A DNA stretch of 64,000 nt from an uncultured delta proteobacterium. GTDB taxonomy: Bacteria; Myxococcota; Myxococcia; Myxococcales; 40CM-4-68-19. The notes beneath the pieces are model-generated. The model searched no databases, was not told the origin of the DNA, and saw only the letters and a list, made by a program, of their open reading frames with translations. Below are positions 10,673-21,968 of the stretch, one piece after another. The stretch covers positions 310,001-374,000 of the forward strand of contig CAIWCD010000013.1 in assembly GCA_903911145.1 (NCBI GenBank), in the 5' to 3' direction. The first letter of the stretch is position 1. Each line of letters begins with the position of its first letter. A program made the translations under genes and the position numbers.

Positions 10673-11029
10673 CTACTTCTTCTCTGCAACGCTTTCGGTC
10701 TTGGTCGCCGAGTCCGCAACAGGCGCGAACGGGCCGACGATCTGTGACTTCATCACGCGCACGCGGACGCCACTGGCGACCTCGAGCGTGACCACGCCAT
10801 CCTGAAGCTTGTCGACCTTGCCGACCATGCCGCCGGTCGTGACCACTTCGTCACCTTTTTGCAGCCCGTCGATGAACTTCTTGAGCGCGTCTTCCTGCTT
10901 CCGCTGCGGCCGGATCATCATGAAATAGAAGATGGCGAACATGATCGCCATCATCACGAACATGCCGCCGGAACCGCCGAGTGGCGAGGGCGGTGCGGCC
11001 TGGGCAATCAGCGCGGCGAGCGAGGACAA
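10673..11029 (-). CDS. yajC: Preprotein translocase subunit YajC
   Basis: FYFMMIRPQRK, KGDEVVTTGG; lies between tgt and secD. Start uncertain. Confidence 0.93.
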   Translation of the reverse strand: MSSLAALIAQAAPPSPLGGSGGMFVMMAIMFAIFYFMMIRPQRKQEDALKKFIDGLQKGDEVVTTGGMVGKVDKLQDGVVTLEVASGVRVRVMKSQIVGPFAPVADSATKTESVAEKK

Positions 11030-11152
11030 GGGGTGCCTTTTGCTGCAAAGGTAAAACGGCCGGGTCTTCTAGCACCCGGTTCTCAGGGCAGCAATGGGTT
11101 TCGGGAAGCTCGGGACTTTGGACTTCCGCGACATCAACGGCAGCCCGCGCCC

Positions 11153-13500
<2,348 letters not shown>

Positions 13501-13617
13501 TCGCGCGGTTCTCTACCACGCACAGTCCGGCCATCGAACGCGCATCCCTTCTCGTTGCATCGATCCGAGCCCACCGAGTAGAAGAGCCCCCCTTTTTCGA
13601 GAGAGAAGCCAACCGCC

Positions 13618-14250
13618 GTGCGCGTCACCGAGATCTTCCATTCGATCCAGGGCGAGTCGACCCTCGCTGGAGAGAAGTGCACGTTCGTGCGCTTCACCGG
13701 CTGCGACCTGCGCTGCGGGTATTGCGACACCGAGTATGCGTTCCACGGCGGCAAGAACATGGAGCGGCCGGAGATCCTCGCCGAGGTGGCGCGGCTCGGC
13801 GGGAAGTTCGTCTGCCTGACGGGCGGCGAGCCGACGCTGCAGAAGGACCTTCCCGAACTCGCGCAGGAGCTGCTCGACCTCGGCTACACCGTCTCGCTCG
13901 AGACGCACGGACAGCGCCCTCTCGACCGCATCCCGCGCGGCGTGCGCAAGATCGTCGATCTCAAGACGCCCGATTCGAAAGAGCAGCACACCGACTTCTC
14001 CCAACTCGCGGCGCTCGGCGAAGGCGATGAACTGAAGGTCGTGGTCGGCTCCGAGAGCGACTTCCGCTGGGCCATCAAGGTGATCGATCAGCTCGATCTC
14101 TGGAATCGCGTCCCCGTGCTCTTCTCGCCGGTGTGGGGCGCAGTGCAGCCGGCGGCCCTCGCGCAGTGGATCCTCGAGAGCGGTCGGCGTGCCCGCATGC
14201 AGCTGCAGCTGCACAAGATCATCTGGGGTGCAGAAGCGCGCGGAGTGTAG
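13618..14250 (+). CDS. queE: 7-carboxy-7-deazaguanine synthase (radical SAM)
   Basis: EIFHSIQGE, CDLRCGYCDT, TGGEP, ETHG, QLHK. Confidence 0.9.
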   Translation: MRVTEIFHSIQGESTLAGEKCTFVRFTGCDLRCGYCDTEYAFHGGKNMERPEILAEVARLGGKFVCLTGGEPTLQKDLPELAQELLDLGYTVSLETHGQRPLDRIPRGVRKIVDLKTPDSKEQHTDFSQLAALGEGDELKVVVGSESDFRWAIKVIDQLDLWNRVPVLFSPVWGAVQPAALAQWILESGRRARMQLQLHKIIWGAEARGV

Positions 14251-14271
14251 CGGTTCAGAGCGACGAGATCG

Positions 14272-14307
14272 TCTGCACTCAAACCATTTTAGTTTGCACT
14301 CAAACCA
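14272..14307. repeat. Two palindromic units (TYTGCACTCAAA-CCA), 21-bp period
   Basis: Direct repeat TGCACTCAAACCAT twice in the queE-phzF gap. Confidence 0.75.
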
Positions 14308-14332
14308 TCTTCTTATCGAGAGCGGACACCCG

Positions 14333-15253
14333 ATGCGCCGACCGATCTACGTGGTGGACTCGTTCAGCGGCACGGCCTTCGGTGGAAATCCCGCAGGCGT
14401 GCTGCTCGACGGCGCCGAACTCACCGATGCGCAGCTCGCGAAGGTCGCGGCGGAGATGCGGCACAGCGAGACGGCCTTCGTGCTCCCCGCGCGAGATCCC
14501 GCGGCGAGTTTCCATCTGCGCTGGCTCACGCCGAAGGCGGAGGTCCAGTTCTGCGGGCACGCGACGCTCGCAGCGATCGCGGTGATGGTCGAGGAGGCGA
14601 GGCGCCTGCGCGTCGCCGAGCGAGGCGTCGTCAAGACAGCGTTCACCTCGCGCGCGGGCCTGTTGCGCGTCGAACTCTCACGCGACGCCGGGCGCAAGCT
14701 GCGCATCCGGTTCGAGACGCCAGCGACCGCGTTTCAACCGACCCCGGTGAGCGAGCGGCTTCTCTCCTCGCTCGGTCTCATCGCCGAGGTCCTCGACCCG
14801 ACGTTCGCGCCCCGTCGTGCGGGCGTCAGTGCCGGCAGTGAAGGCAATCTCTACATCTGCCTGCGCGAGCGCGAAAACCTCACCCGCGCCAAATGCGATC
14901 CCGCGGCACTGCAGGACGCACTCTCCGAAGCGCAGGCGTTTGGCGTGGTGCTCTTCGTGCGCTCGCCCGCGACTGGCGTGGACGCGGCGATGCGCTGCTT
15001 CTTCCCCGATCAGCTCGACGGCAGCGGCGAGGATCCGGTCACGGGCAGCGCCGCCGGCCAGCTTGCGTGCCTGCTGCAGGAGGTGTTGCCCGAGATTCTC
15101 CCGCGTTCGCTCGTCTTCTCGCAGGGCACCGAACTCGGTCGCCCTGGCCGCGTCGAGATTGACGTCCGCCCGGAGACGACGCCTGGCCAGATCCGCGCGT
15201 GGATCGGCGGCGAGTTCAGCGTGGTGCTCCGCGGCGAACTGGACCTGCGATGA
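14333..15253 (+). CDS. PhzF/YddE-family isomerase/epimerase
   Basis: VDSF...GGNPAGV, SETAF, EVQFCGHATLA, EDPVTGSA, QGTELGRPG. Confidence 0.9.
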   Translation: MRRPIYVVDSFSGTAFGGNPAGVLLDGAELTDAQLAKVAAEMRHSETAFVLPARDPAASFHLRWLTPKAEVQFCGHATLAAIAVMVEEARRLRVAERGVVKTAFTSRAGLLRVELSRDAGRKLRIRFETPATAFQPTPVSERLLSSLGLIAEVLDPTFAPRRAGVSAGSEGNLYICLRERENLTRAKCDPAALQDALSEAQAFGVVLFVRSPATGVDAAMRCFFPDQLDGSGEDPVTGSAAGQLACLLQEVLPEILPRSLVFSQGTELGRPGRVEIDVRPETTPGQIRAWIGGEFSVVLRGELDLR

Positions 15254-16128
15254 AGAAGCAGACCCGCAAAAAGGTTGGTACACCAATCATTGGCACTCAA
15301 CACAAATTAGTTGCTTCGGCAACCAATCACTCCTCGCTGCGGGACGTCCACGCCGAGCCTGACCTGCGTCGTCTGCCTCTCGATCGAGCTGGCGTGCGCG
15401 ACCTGCGCTACCCGATCTGCGTACTCGACCGCACGCTCGGCCAGCAGCACACGCTCGCGACCATCGACATGAGCGTCTCGCTGCCGCACCGCAAGAAGGG
15501 CGCGCACATGAGCCGCTTTATCGAGCTGCTCAACCGACACCGACGAGAGATCGACATCCGCAAGTTCCGCGCGCTCGCGGCCGAGTTGCGCCGGGAGATG
15601 GATGCGGAAGCAGCGTTCGTCGAGGTTCGCTTCCCCTACTTCATCGAGAAGTCCGCGCCTGTCAGCGGCGCACGCGGACTCGTTGACTACGCCTGCACCT
15701 TCGGCGCGAGCGTCCGCGGCGAGGGCGACAGGGAAAGCGCCGAGCTCTGGGTCGAGACGGAAGTGGCGGTCACCAGCCTCTGCCCGTGCAGCAAGGCAAT
15801 CAGCGAGCAGAGCGCGCACAACCAGCGCTCCATCATGCGCGCCAAGGTCTGGTTCAAGAAGTTCTTCTGGCTCGAAGATCTCATCGCGCTCGTCGAGGAC
15901 TCGGCCAGTTGCGAGCTCTACTCGGTGCTCAAGCGGCCCGACGAGAAGTACGTCACCGAACGGGCCTACGCGCGCCCACGCTTCGTCGAGGATCTCGTGC
16001 GCGAACTGGCGACTCGCCTCCTGCGCGACAAGAATTTCTCGCGTTGGGAAATCTCGGCCGAGAGCCATGAGAGCATCCACGCGCACAACGCGTACGCCGC
16101 GCTCGCGTGGCCACACGCACCTCGTTAG
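15250..16128 (+). CDS. folE2: GTP cyclohydrolase FolE2 (type IB)
   Basis: KGAHMSRF, TSLCPCSK, AHNQRS, KRPDE, FVED, ESIHAHNA. ATGA overlap with the phzF-like gene. Confidence 0.95.
   Translation: MKKQTRKKVGTPIIGTQHKLVASATNHSSLRDVHAEPDLRRLPLDRAGVRDLRYPICVLDRTLGQQHTLATIDMSVSLPHRKKGAHMSRFIELLNRHRREIDIRKFRALAAELRREMDAEAAFVEVRFPYFIEKSAPVSGARGLVDYACTFGASVRGEGDRESAELWVETEVAVTSLCPCSKAISEQSAHNQRSIMRAKVWFKKFFWLEDLIALVEDSASCELYSVLKRPDEKYVTERAYARPRFVEDLVRELATRLLRDKNFSRWEISAESHESIHAHNAYAALAWPHAPR
15275..15322. repeat. Three palindromic units inside the folE2 N-terminus
   Basis: TTGGTACACCAA-tca-TTGGCACTCAAC-acaaattag-TTGCTTCGGCAA. Confidence 0.75.
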
Positions 16129-16204
16129 AGCCTTGGCGCTCGGCGAGCGCCAGAGAATCGATCGTCAAGCATCTGTCGCCGGCCATCCTTCTGTCGCGGC
16201 AGCA

Positions 16205-16262
16205 ACGAGCATATAATCCTATATAAACAACGTCTTATACGTAAATCAAATTGGCCGACTAT
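16205..16262 (+). promoter_or_regulatory. AT-rich promoter region upstream of the sigma factor
   Basis: Very AT-rich for this genome; TATAAT at 16212-16217. Confidence 0.4.
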
Positions 16263-16305
16263 TTGCTGAAGCTGGTTGCGGAGCTGAACCACCAGCGAGG
16301 TCGCC

Positions 16306-16917
16306 ATTCGCACCGCCACCGTCATTCCACTCCATCGGCAGCCTGCCCGGACCGACCGCGAGTCACTCATCTGCGACCACGTTGACCTCGCGCGGCGAGT
16401 CGCGCGCCACACGGCGTGCCGCGTTCCCTCTGGCGCTGCACGGGACGAAGCGGAGAGCGCAGGTCTTCTCGGCCTTGTTGAGGCCGCCGACCGGTTTGAC
16501 CCGTCGCGCGGTGTACCGTTCGACGCATTCGCGCGCAGGAGGGTGCAAGGCGCGGTACTCGATTTCCTCCGCGCCGAAGATCCGCTCTCGCGCGATGAGC
16601 GCCGCAAGCGTCGTGCGGGTTCGAGCGAAACGAGCGAGCCCGAGTTCGTCTCGTTCGACGACATTACCGAGCTGCTCGCAGCGCGAAGTGACGGCAACGA
16701 TGGGGATTCGATTCTGCTTCGCACTCACATCCGCGCGAAGGTCAAGCTGCTGCCCGCGTCAGACCAGCAGCTGCTCGCGCTCTACTACGGCGAAGAGCAG
16801 ACACTGCGCGAAGTCGGAGCCGCGCTGGGCGTCACCGAGTCGCGCGTCTGCCAGCGCCTCTCCAGCATCCTGACGCGCCTGCGTGCGCTCCTGACGAAGG
16901 AGCGCGCCACGGGATAG
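16306..16917 (+). CDS. FliA/WhiG-like sigma70-family factor, compact (regions 2 and 4)
   Basis: GLLGLVEAADRFDPSRGVPFDAFARRRVQGAVLDFLR and LYYGEEQTLREVGAALGVTESRVCQ. The frame is open back to TGA at 16285; putative ATT start after GAGG. Confidence 0.8.
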   Translation: MRTATVIPLHRQPARTDRESLICDHVDLARRVARHTACRVPSGAARDEAESAGLLGLVEAADRFDPSRGVPFDAFARRRVQGAVLDFLRAEDPLSRDERRKRRAGSSETSEPEFVSFDDITELLAARSDGNDGDSILLRTHIRAKVKLLPASDQQLLALYYGEEQTLREVGAALGVTESRVCQRLSSILTRLRALLTKERATG

Positions 16918-16930
16918 CACCAGCCGAGGC

Positions 16931-17254
16931 TCAGTGAACCTCGGTCGCGGCCTTGTCTGCCTCGGCGATCTTCTCGGCCTCGCCCGCAGCCTGGCTCTCG
17001 TGCGCCATCTGCTGAACCTTCTCGCCAAGCTTGACCAGCTCGCCGCCGAACTTCGACCACTGCTCCCGCGTCGAGTGCTGCGCGGTCGCCAGGAACTGCT
17101 TGAGCTCGGCCTGCGCGCGGTCGCCGAAAAGATCGAACGCCTTCTTCGCCTCGACCTCGAGCCCCTTCGCCCGCTCCTGCGCGACCTTCTGGAACTGCGC
17201 CAACTTCTCCTGAACCTTGACCTGGAAATTGCTGACCTGTTCCGTGGCGGACAT
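16931..17254 (-). CDS. Small helical protein (phasin-like composition)
   Basis: 107 aa rich in A/E/K/Q, GGAG RBS, host-like codon usage. Confidence 0.75.
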   Translation of the reverse strand: MSATEQVSNFQVKVQEKLAQFQKVAQERAKGLEVEAKKAFDLFGDRAQAELKQFLATAQHSTREQWSKFGGELVKLGEKVQQMAHESQAAGEAEKIAEADKAATEVH

Positions 17255-17449
17255 GGCGACTCCTGTGTATTGACGGAGCGAAACGGCGTGCTTCGCGACC
17301 CGAAAAGAAGATAACGCATCGCGTTGCGAGGTCAAGTCGGCGGCTATACTTCGTTCTAATTGTATGTTTTTATTTTGTTTATCGTCGTTTGTGACATCGC
17401 TGGCCAGCAAGAGGCGGCGCCAACGCGGTTGCGCTAGGATCAAGGCTCC

Positions 17450-19729
17450 ATGGAACCGATCGCAATCCCAGTCGCAAGCGCGCCAACGCCGACACCCTCG
17501 ATGCCGCCTCCGCCGCTCTCTGTGGTGGCGCAGCCCAACGAGTCTGCACACGCGGGCCCGTCACTCAACGACGCGCGCCTCTACATCAATCGCGAGATCT
17601 CCTGGCTCGCGTTCAACGAGCGCGTCCTCGAGGAGGCCTGCGATCCGCTGGTGCCTGCACTCGAGCGATTCAAGTTCCTCGCCATCTTCAGCTCGAATCT
17701 CGACGAATTCTTCATGATCCGCGTCGCCGGCCTCAAGCAGCAGCTCTCCGGACACGTCGAGGAGACGGGCCCGGACGCGATGAGCCCGAGCGAGCAACTC
17801 ACGCAGATCGCAGCACGCACGCACGAACTCGTGGCGCGCCAGTATCGCGCACTGACGACCGAGATCGTGCCGATCGTCGAGAAGGCGGGCGTGCGGATCC
17901 TCTCGCGGGAGAAGCTCGCGGAAAAGGACGCGTTCCTCTCAGAATATTTCCAGCGCGAGGTGTTCCCCGTGCTGACGCCGATCGCGATCGACCCGGGGCA
18001 TCCGTTTCCGCACCTGCGCAACAAGTCGCTCAACCTTGCCGTGCGCTTCGGCACGCAGACGGCGGCGCGCCTCCACTACGGCGTCGTCCCTGTGCCCGCC
18101 GTGCTGCCGCGGCTCGTCGAGCTCCCCGACGAGAAAGGCAAGCGCAGCTACGCGCTCCTCGAGGACATCATCGCGCGGTTCGTCGGCCAGCTTTTTCCGG
18201 GCATGGCGGTCGAGGGCTGCTACCCTTTCCGCCTCACGCGCAACTGGGACCTCTCGTTCGACGAAGAGGAGGCAGAGGACCTGCTGGTCACCATCGAGCG
18301 CGAGATCCGTCGGCGCGATCGCGGCGGTGCGGTGCGACTCGAGATCTCATCGGCGGCCGACAGCTCGCTCGCGGATTTTCTCGTCCGCTCGCTGAAGCTG
18401 GGCGCCAGCGACGTCTACAAGATTCCTGGGCCGCTCGCGATCCCCGACCTGCTCCCCTCGCTGGGCCGTCTCGAGCAGAAAGAGCTGCACGAGGAGCCGT
18501 TCACGCCGGTCATCCCGCCCGCGCTGGCCGAGGCCGATCGCGACATCTTCCGCATCCTGCACGAGCGGGATGTGCTGCTGCATCACCCCTACGAATCGTT
18601 CGACACGGTGGTCAGCTTCATCGAGACGGCGGCCGAAGATCCGAACGTCCTCGCCATCAAGCAGACGCTCTACCGCACCGGGAAAGACAGCCCGGTGATT
18701 CGCGCGCTGCAGCGGGCGGCGGAGAACGGCAAGCAGGTCACCGCGCTGATCGAGCTCAAGGCGCGCATGGACGAGGAGGCGAACATCCTCTGGGCGCGAG
18801 CGCTCGAGCAGAGCGGCGTTCACGTCGTCTACGGGCTCATCGGCTACAAGACCCACTGCAAGGTGGCGCTGGTGGTTCGTCGCGAAGCGGGAGGGCTGCG
18901 GCGCTACGTCCACCTCGGGACGGGCAACTACAATCCCGGCACGGCGCGAACCTACACAGATCTCTCTCTGTTCACGGCCAACGAGGAGTTCTGCGCCGAC
19001 GCGAGCGCGATCTTCAATCTGCTCACCGGATATTCGAAGCCGGTCTCGTGGAAGAAGATGCTCGTCGCGCCGATGGGGATGAAGCAGGGGATCCTTGACC
19101 TCATCGAGAGGGAGACGCAGCTCGCCACGCAGCACGGCAAAGGACGCATCATCGCGAAGATGAACGCGCTCGCCGATCCCGAGGTGATCCGCGCTCTCTA
19201 TCGCGCGAGCCAGGCGGGTGTGCAGATCGACCTCGTCGTGCGCGGCGTCTGCGGACTCAAGCCTGGCGTGCCCGGCGTCTCCGAGCGAATTCGCGTCACC
19301 AGCATCGTCGATCGCTTCCTGGAGCATCACCGCATCTGGTTCTTCGAAGCAGGCGGAAAGCGCGAGGTCTGGCTCTCCTCTGCGGATTGGATGGCGCGCA
19401 ACTTCGTGCGGCGCGTGGAGATCGCGTTTCCCGTCGTCGACCCTGCAGCGAAGGAGCGGATCATCGACGAGATCCTGGCGTCGTCGCTCGCCGACAACGT
19501 CAAGGCGCGCGCCCTGCAGTCGGATGGAACGTACGTGCGCGTGCATCCCGGGACGCATGGGACAGGACTCGTGCCGGTGCGCAGCCAGGAGCGCTTCATG
19601 GCGCTCGCCCGTCGGGTGGCGGTGGTTGCGGTGGAGACGCCGGGAACCAGCTCGATGGCGCCGCATGAGATGTTTCCGTCGGTGGCGCAGCGGCGCGAGC
19701 GCAAGAAGCGAAACAACAAGCGGCTGTAG
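17450..19729 (+). CDS. ppk1: Polyphosphate kinase 1
   Basis: NREISWLAFNERVL, NLDEFFMIRVAG, HHPYESF, KTHCK, GTGNYN, RFLEH, SSADWM. Confidence 0.97.
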   Translation: MEPIAIPVASAPTPTPSMPPPPLSVVAQPNESAHAGPSLNDARLYINREISWLAFNERVLEEACDPLVPALERFKFLAIFSSNLDEFFMIRVAGLKQQLSGHVEETGPDAMSPSEQLTQIAARTHELVARQYRALTTEIVPIVEKAGVRILSREKLAEKDAFLSEYFQREVFPVLTPIAIDPGHPFPHLRNKSLNLAVRFGTQTAARLHYGVVPVPAVLPRLVELPDEKGKRSYALLEDIIARFVGQLFPGMAVEGCYPFRLTRNWDLSFDEEEAEDLLVTIEREIRRRDRGGAVRLEISSAADSSLADFLVRSLKLGASDVYKIPGPLAIPDLLPSLGRLEQKELHEEPFTPVIPPALAEADRDIFRILHERDVLLHHPYESFDTVVSFIETAAEDPNVLAIKQTLYRTGKDSPVIRALQRAAENGKQVTALIELKARMDEEANILWARALEQSGVHVVYGLIGYKTHCKVALVVRREAGGLRRYVHLGTGNYNPGTARTYTDLSLFTANEEFCADASAIFNLLTGYSKPVSWKKMLVAPMGMKQGILDLIERETQLATQHGKGRIIAKMNALADPEVIRALYRASQAGVQIDLVVRGVCGLKPGVPGVSERIRVTSIVDRFLEHHRIWFFEAGGKREVWLSSADWMARNFVRRVEIAFPVVDPAAKERIIDEILASSLADNVKARALQSDGTYVRVHPGTHGTGLVPVRSQERFMALARRVAVVAVETPGTSSMAPHEMFPSVAQRRERKKRNNKRL

Positions 19730-19753
19730 TCGACAACCGCTAGGCTTCCAGCT

Positions 19754-20698
19754 GTGAGCCACGCCCCGCTTCGCATCGTCAGCTACAACGTCCGCTACTT
19801 CGGACACGCGCTCAAGGGTCTGGCGTCGACGCGCGGGAGCAAGCGGGCCGCGGCCGAGGCGCTCTCCGCGCTCGATCCGCTGCCCGATCTGATCTGTCTG
19901 CAGGAGGTCGAGACGATCTCGGTGCGCTCACGCATCGCCTTCCGACGAAGGCATGCCGCGGAGACGCAGCTTGAGTCGTTCATGACCGAGCTCGAGAAGA
20001 CCTTCGCTGCTCGCGGCGAGGTCGTGCCGTGGGATGCCTACTACTTTCGCGCGCACGCCAACCGCGTCGGCAACGTTGCGCTCTCGAGCATGGGCCTTGC
20101 GATCCTCGTGCGGCGCGATCGTCTGCACGTCAACGAGCATAACGCCGCGGCGCCCCACGCGATCACGCATCACCACCATGTGCAGCTGCTGCGCGACACC
20201 AAGCAGGCCCGCATCTGCGCGCACATGTCGCTCACCGATCGGTATGGCAAGCCGTTCCATCTCTTCAACACCCACTTGAGCCTCCCGACGCCGTTCGCGA
20301 AGGAGTTCTGGACCGAGCGCGAGAAGATGGGCCGCGGCGTCAACCAGGTGCACGAGGCGCGGACGCTCGCGAGCTTCGTCGAGCGCTGCGCGGGAAGCGA
20401 GCCGTTCGTGCTCTGCGGCGATTTCAATTCGCCGCCCTCCTCGCCCGTCTATCGGCTGCTCACGGAAGAGCGCGGGATGCTCGGGGCGCAGTGCTCGGTC
20501 GGGCAGATCGACGGCGCGCAGCTGCGGGCCTTTCCCACTGCGGGCTTCATGCGGCTGCGCATGCACCTCGACCATCTCTTCTCGGGAAATGGCGTGCGCT
20601 GGGTGGACCTTGAAGGCACAGCCCGATTCGGCGACCGCGAGAGTCCCTTCGCAGGCGTCTCGGATCATGTGCCGCTGATCGCGCGTTTCCACCTGTAG
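19754..20698 (+). CDS. Endonuclease/exonuclease/phosphatase family protein
   Basis: SYNV, LQEV, NTHL, GDFN, LDHLF, SDH. Confidence 0.9.
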   Translation: MSHAPLRIVSYNVRYFGHALKGLASTRGSKRAAAEALSALDPLPDLICLQEVETISVRSRIAFRRRHAAETQLESFMTELEKTFAARGEVVPWDAYYFRAHANRVGNVALSSMGLAILVRRDRLHVNEHNAAAPHAITHHHHVQLLRDTKQARICAHMSLTDRYGKPFHLFNTHLSLPTPFAKEFWTEREKMGRGVNQVHEARTLASFVERCAGSEPFVLCGDFNSPPSSPVYRLLTEERGMLGAQCSVGQIDGAQLRAFPTAGFMRLRMHLDHLFSGNGVRWVDLEGTARFGDRESPFAGVSDHVPLIARFHL

Positions 20699-20711
20699 AT
20701 CGGTCGCGGCG

Positions 20712-20951
20712 CTATCGGCGGTGCGCGACCACTTCGACTGGCTCGAACGTGAAGCTCCGGCCGGTCTGCGCGTGCTCGGCGCGACCTTCGCCCAGGTCGG
20801 CTCTCGAGCGGAATGACGCGGCCACGCGAGCGGCAGAAGGTGGCGTCGTCGCAGAGGGGCGCGGCCCCCAGATGGCGACCGCAAGGGAGGCCATCGCAGC
20901 GAACGCCGCGAGCGAAGCCGGGACAGGAGGCACTGTCGGTGAATGGCTCAT
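20712..20951 (-). CDS. Small hypothetical protein with an N-terminal hydrophobic segment
   Basis: Strong GAAGGAG SD before ATG 20951; LAAFAAMASLAVAIWG; 79 aa. Confidence 0.55.
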   Translation of the reverse strand: MSHSPTVPPVPASLAAFAAMASLAVAIWGPRPSATTPPSAARVAASFRSRADLGEGRAEHAQTGRSFTFEPVEVVAHRR

Positions 20952-20991
20952 GACTCCTTCGTTCCGCGAAGGAGTCCGGCCATTCATTTTT
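20940..20991. promoter_or_regulatory. Two-stem hairpin occluding the SD/start (minus strand); terminator-like on the plus strand
   Basis: TGAATGGC-tcat-GACTCCTTCG-ttccg-CGAAGGAGTC-cg-GCCATTCA-TTTTT. Confidence 0.75.
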
Positions 20992-21005
20992 CGATCAGAT
21001 TCCGT

Positions 21006-21953
21006 CTACGCAGGCAAATCGGCATTCGCGATCGCATTGAGCCGCTCGCGCGCTTTGGCAATATCAGCCTCGTGCTTGAGCACGACGCTGAGCGTCTGGC
21101 CGAGCAACTCCGCGTCGAGCGTCGTGGCGTTGAGCAGCGCCAGCGCGCGCACCCAGTCGAGCGTCTCGCTCACGCTCGGAGCCTTCTTGAGGTCGAGCTT
21201 GCGCAACGATTGAACCGCCGCGACGACCTTGCGCGCGAGAGTGTCGGCGATGCCCGGCAGGCGCGCCTGCACAATCGAGAGCTCGCGCGCGGCCGAGGGA
21301 AAATCGATGAAGAGATGCAGGCAGCGCCGCTTGAGCGCATCGGAGAGCTCGCGCGCAGCATTCGAGGTGAGCACGACGCGCGGCAGGTGGACCGCGCGCA
21401 GCGTGCCGAGCTCGGGGACGGTGACCGCGAAGTCGGAGAGCAGCTCGAGCAGAAACGCTTCGAATTCGGGATCGGCCTTGTCGATCTCGTCGATGAGCAG
21501 CAGCGTCGGCCGCGGAGACAAGAGCGCCGCCAGCAGCGGGCGCGGGAGGAGAAAGCGGCGAGAGAAGAAGACCGCATCAGAAGCGGCGATCCGATCCGCG
21601 GCTTGAGAAAGCGTGTCCGCGCCCGCGATGGTCTCGGCGATCTTGTCCTTGAGCAGCTGCGTGTAGAGCAGCTGCTTGGCGTACTCCCACTCGTAGAGCG
21701 CCTTCGCTTCGTCGAGTCCCTCGTAACACTGCAGGCGGACCAACTCGCGCCCTGTCGCTGTCGCGAGCGCACGCGCCAACTCGGTCTTGCCCACGCCCGC
21801 AGGCCCCTCGACGAGAATCGGCTTCTCGAGACGATCCGCGAGGAAACTCGCAGTCGAGATCTCCACCGACGCGAGATATCCGGCCGCGCGCAGGCGCTGC
21901 TCGGCATCGGAGGGACTCTGGAGTGCGATGACGTCAGATGCGGGATCGCTCAT
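21006..21953 (-). CDS. MoxR-family AAA+ ATPase (CoxD-like)
   Basis: EGPAGVGKT, RLQCYEGLD, ALYEWEY, LLIDEIDK, ELSDALKRRC. Confidence 0.9.
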   Translation of the reverse strand: MSDPASDVIALQSPSDAEQRLRAAGYLASVEISTASFLADRLEKPILVEGPAGVGKTELARALATATGRELVRLQCYEGLDEAKALYEWEYAKQLLYTQLLKDKIAETIAGADTLSQAADRIAASDAVFFSRRFLLPRPLLAALLSPRPTLLLIDEIDKADPEFEAFLLELLSDFAVTVPELGTLRAVHLPRVVLTSNAARELSDALKRRCLHLFIDFPSAARELSIVQARLPGIADTLARKVVAAVQSLRKLDLKKAPSVSETLDWVRALALLNATTLDAELLGQTLSVVLKHEADIAKARERLNAIANADLPA

Positions 21954-21956
21954 TGC

Positions 21957-21968
21957 TTTGAACACCAA
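21957..21968. repeat. Single palindromic unit in the rseP-moxR gap
   Basis: TTTGAACACCAA is the exact reverse complement of the unit at 4086-4097. Confidence 0.6.

Noticed and set aside
13501..13617. preQ1 riboswitch upstream of queE/queA
   Set aside because: No recognisable preQ1 stem, loop or A-rich tail.
14333..15253. Phenazine biosynthesis cluster
   Set aside because: Only a PhzF-family gene is present; there is no phzA/B/D/E/G.
16235..16261. Sigma28 autoregulatory promoter (GCCGACTA)
   Set aside because: No TAAA -35 element at the expected 15-nt spacing.
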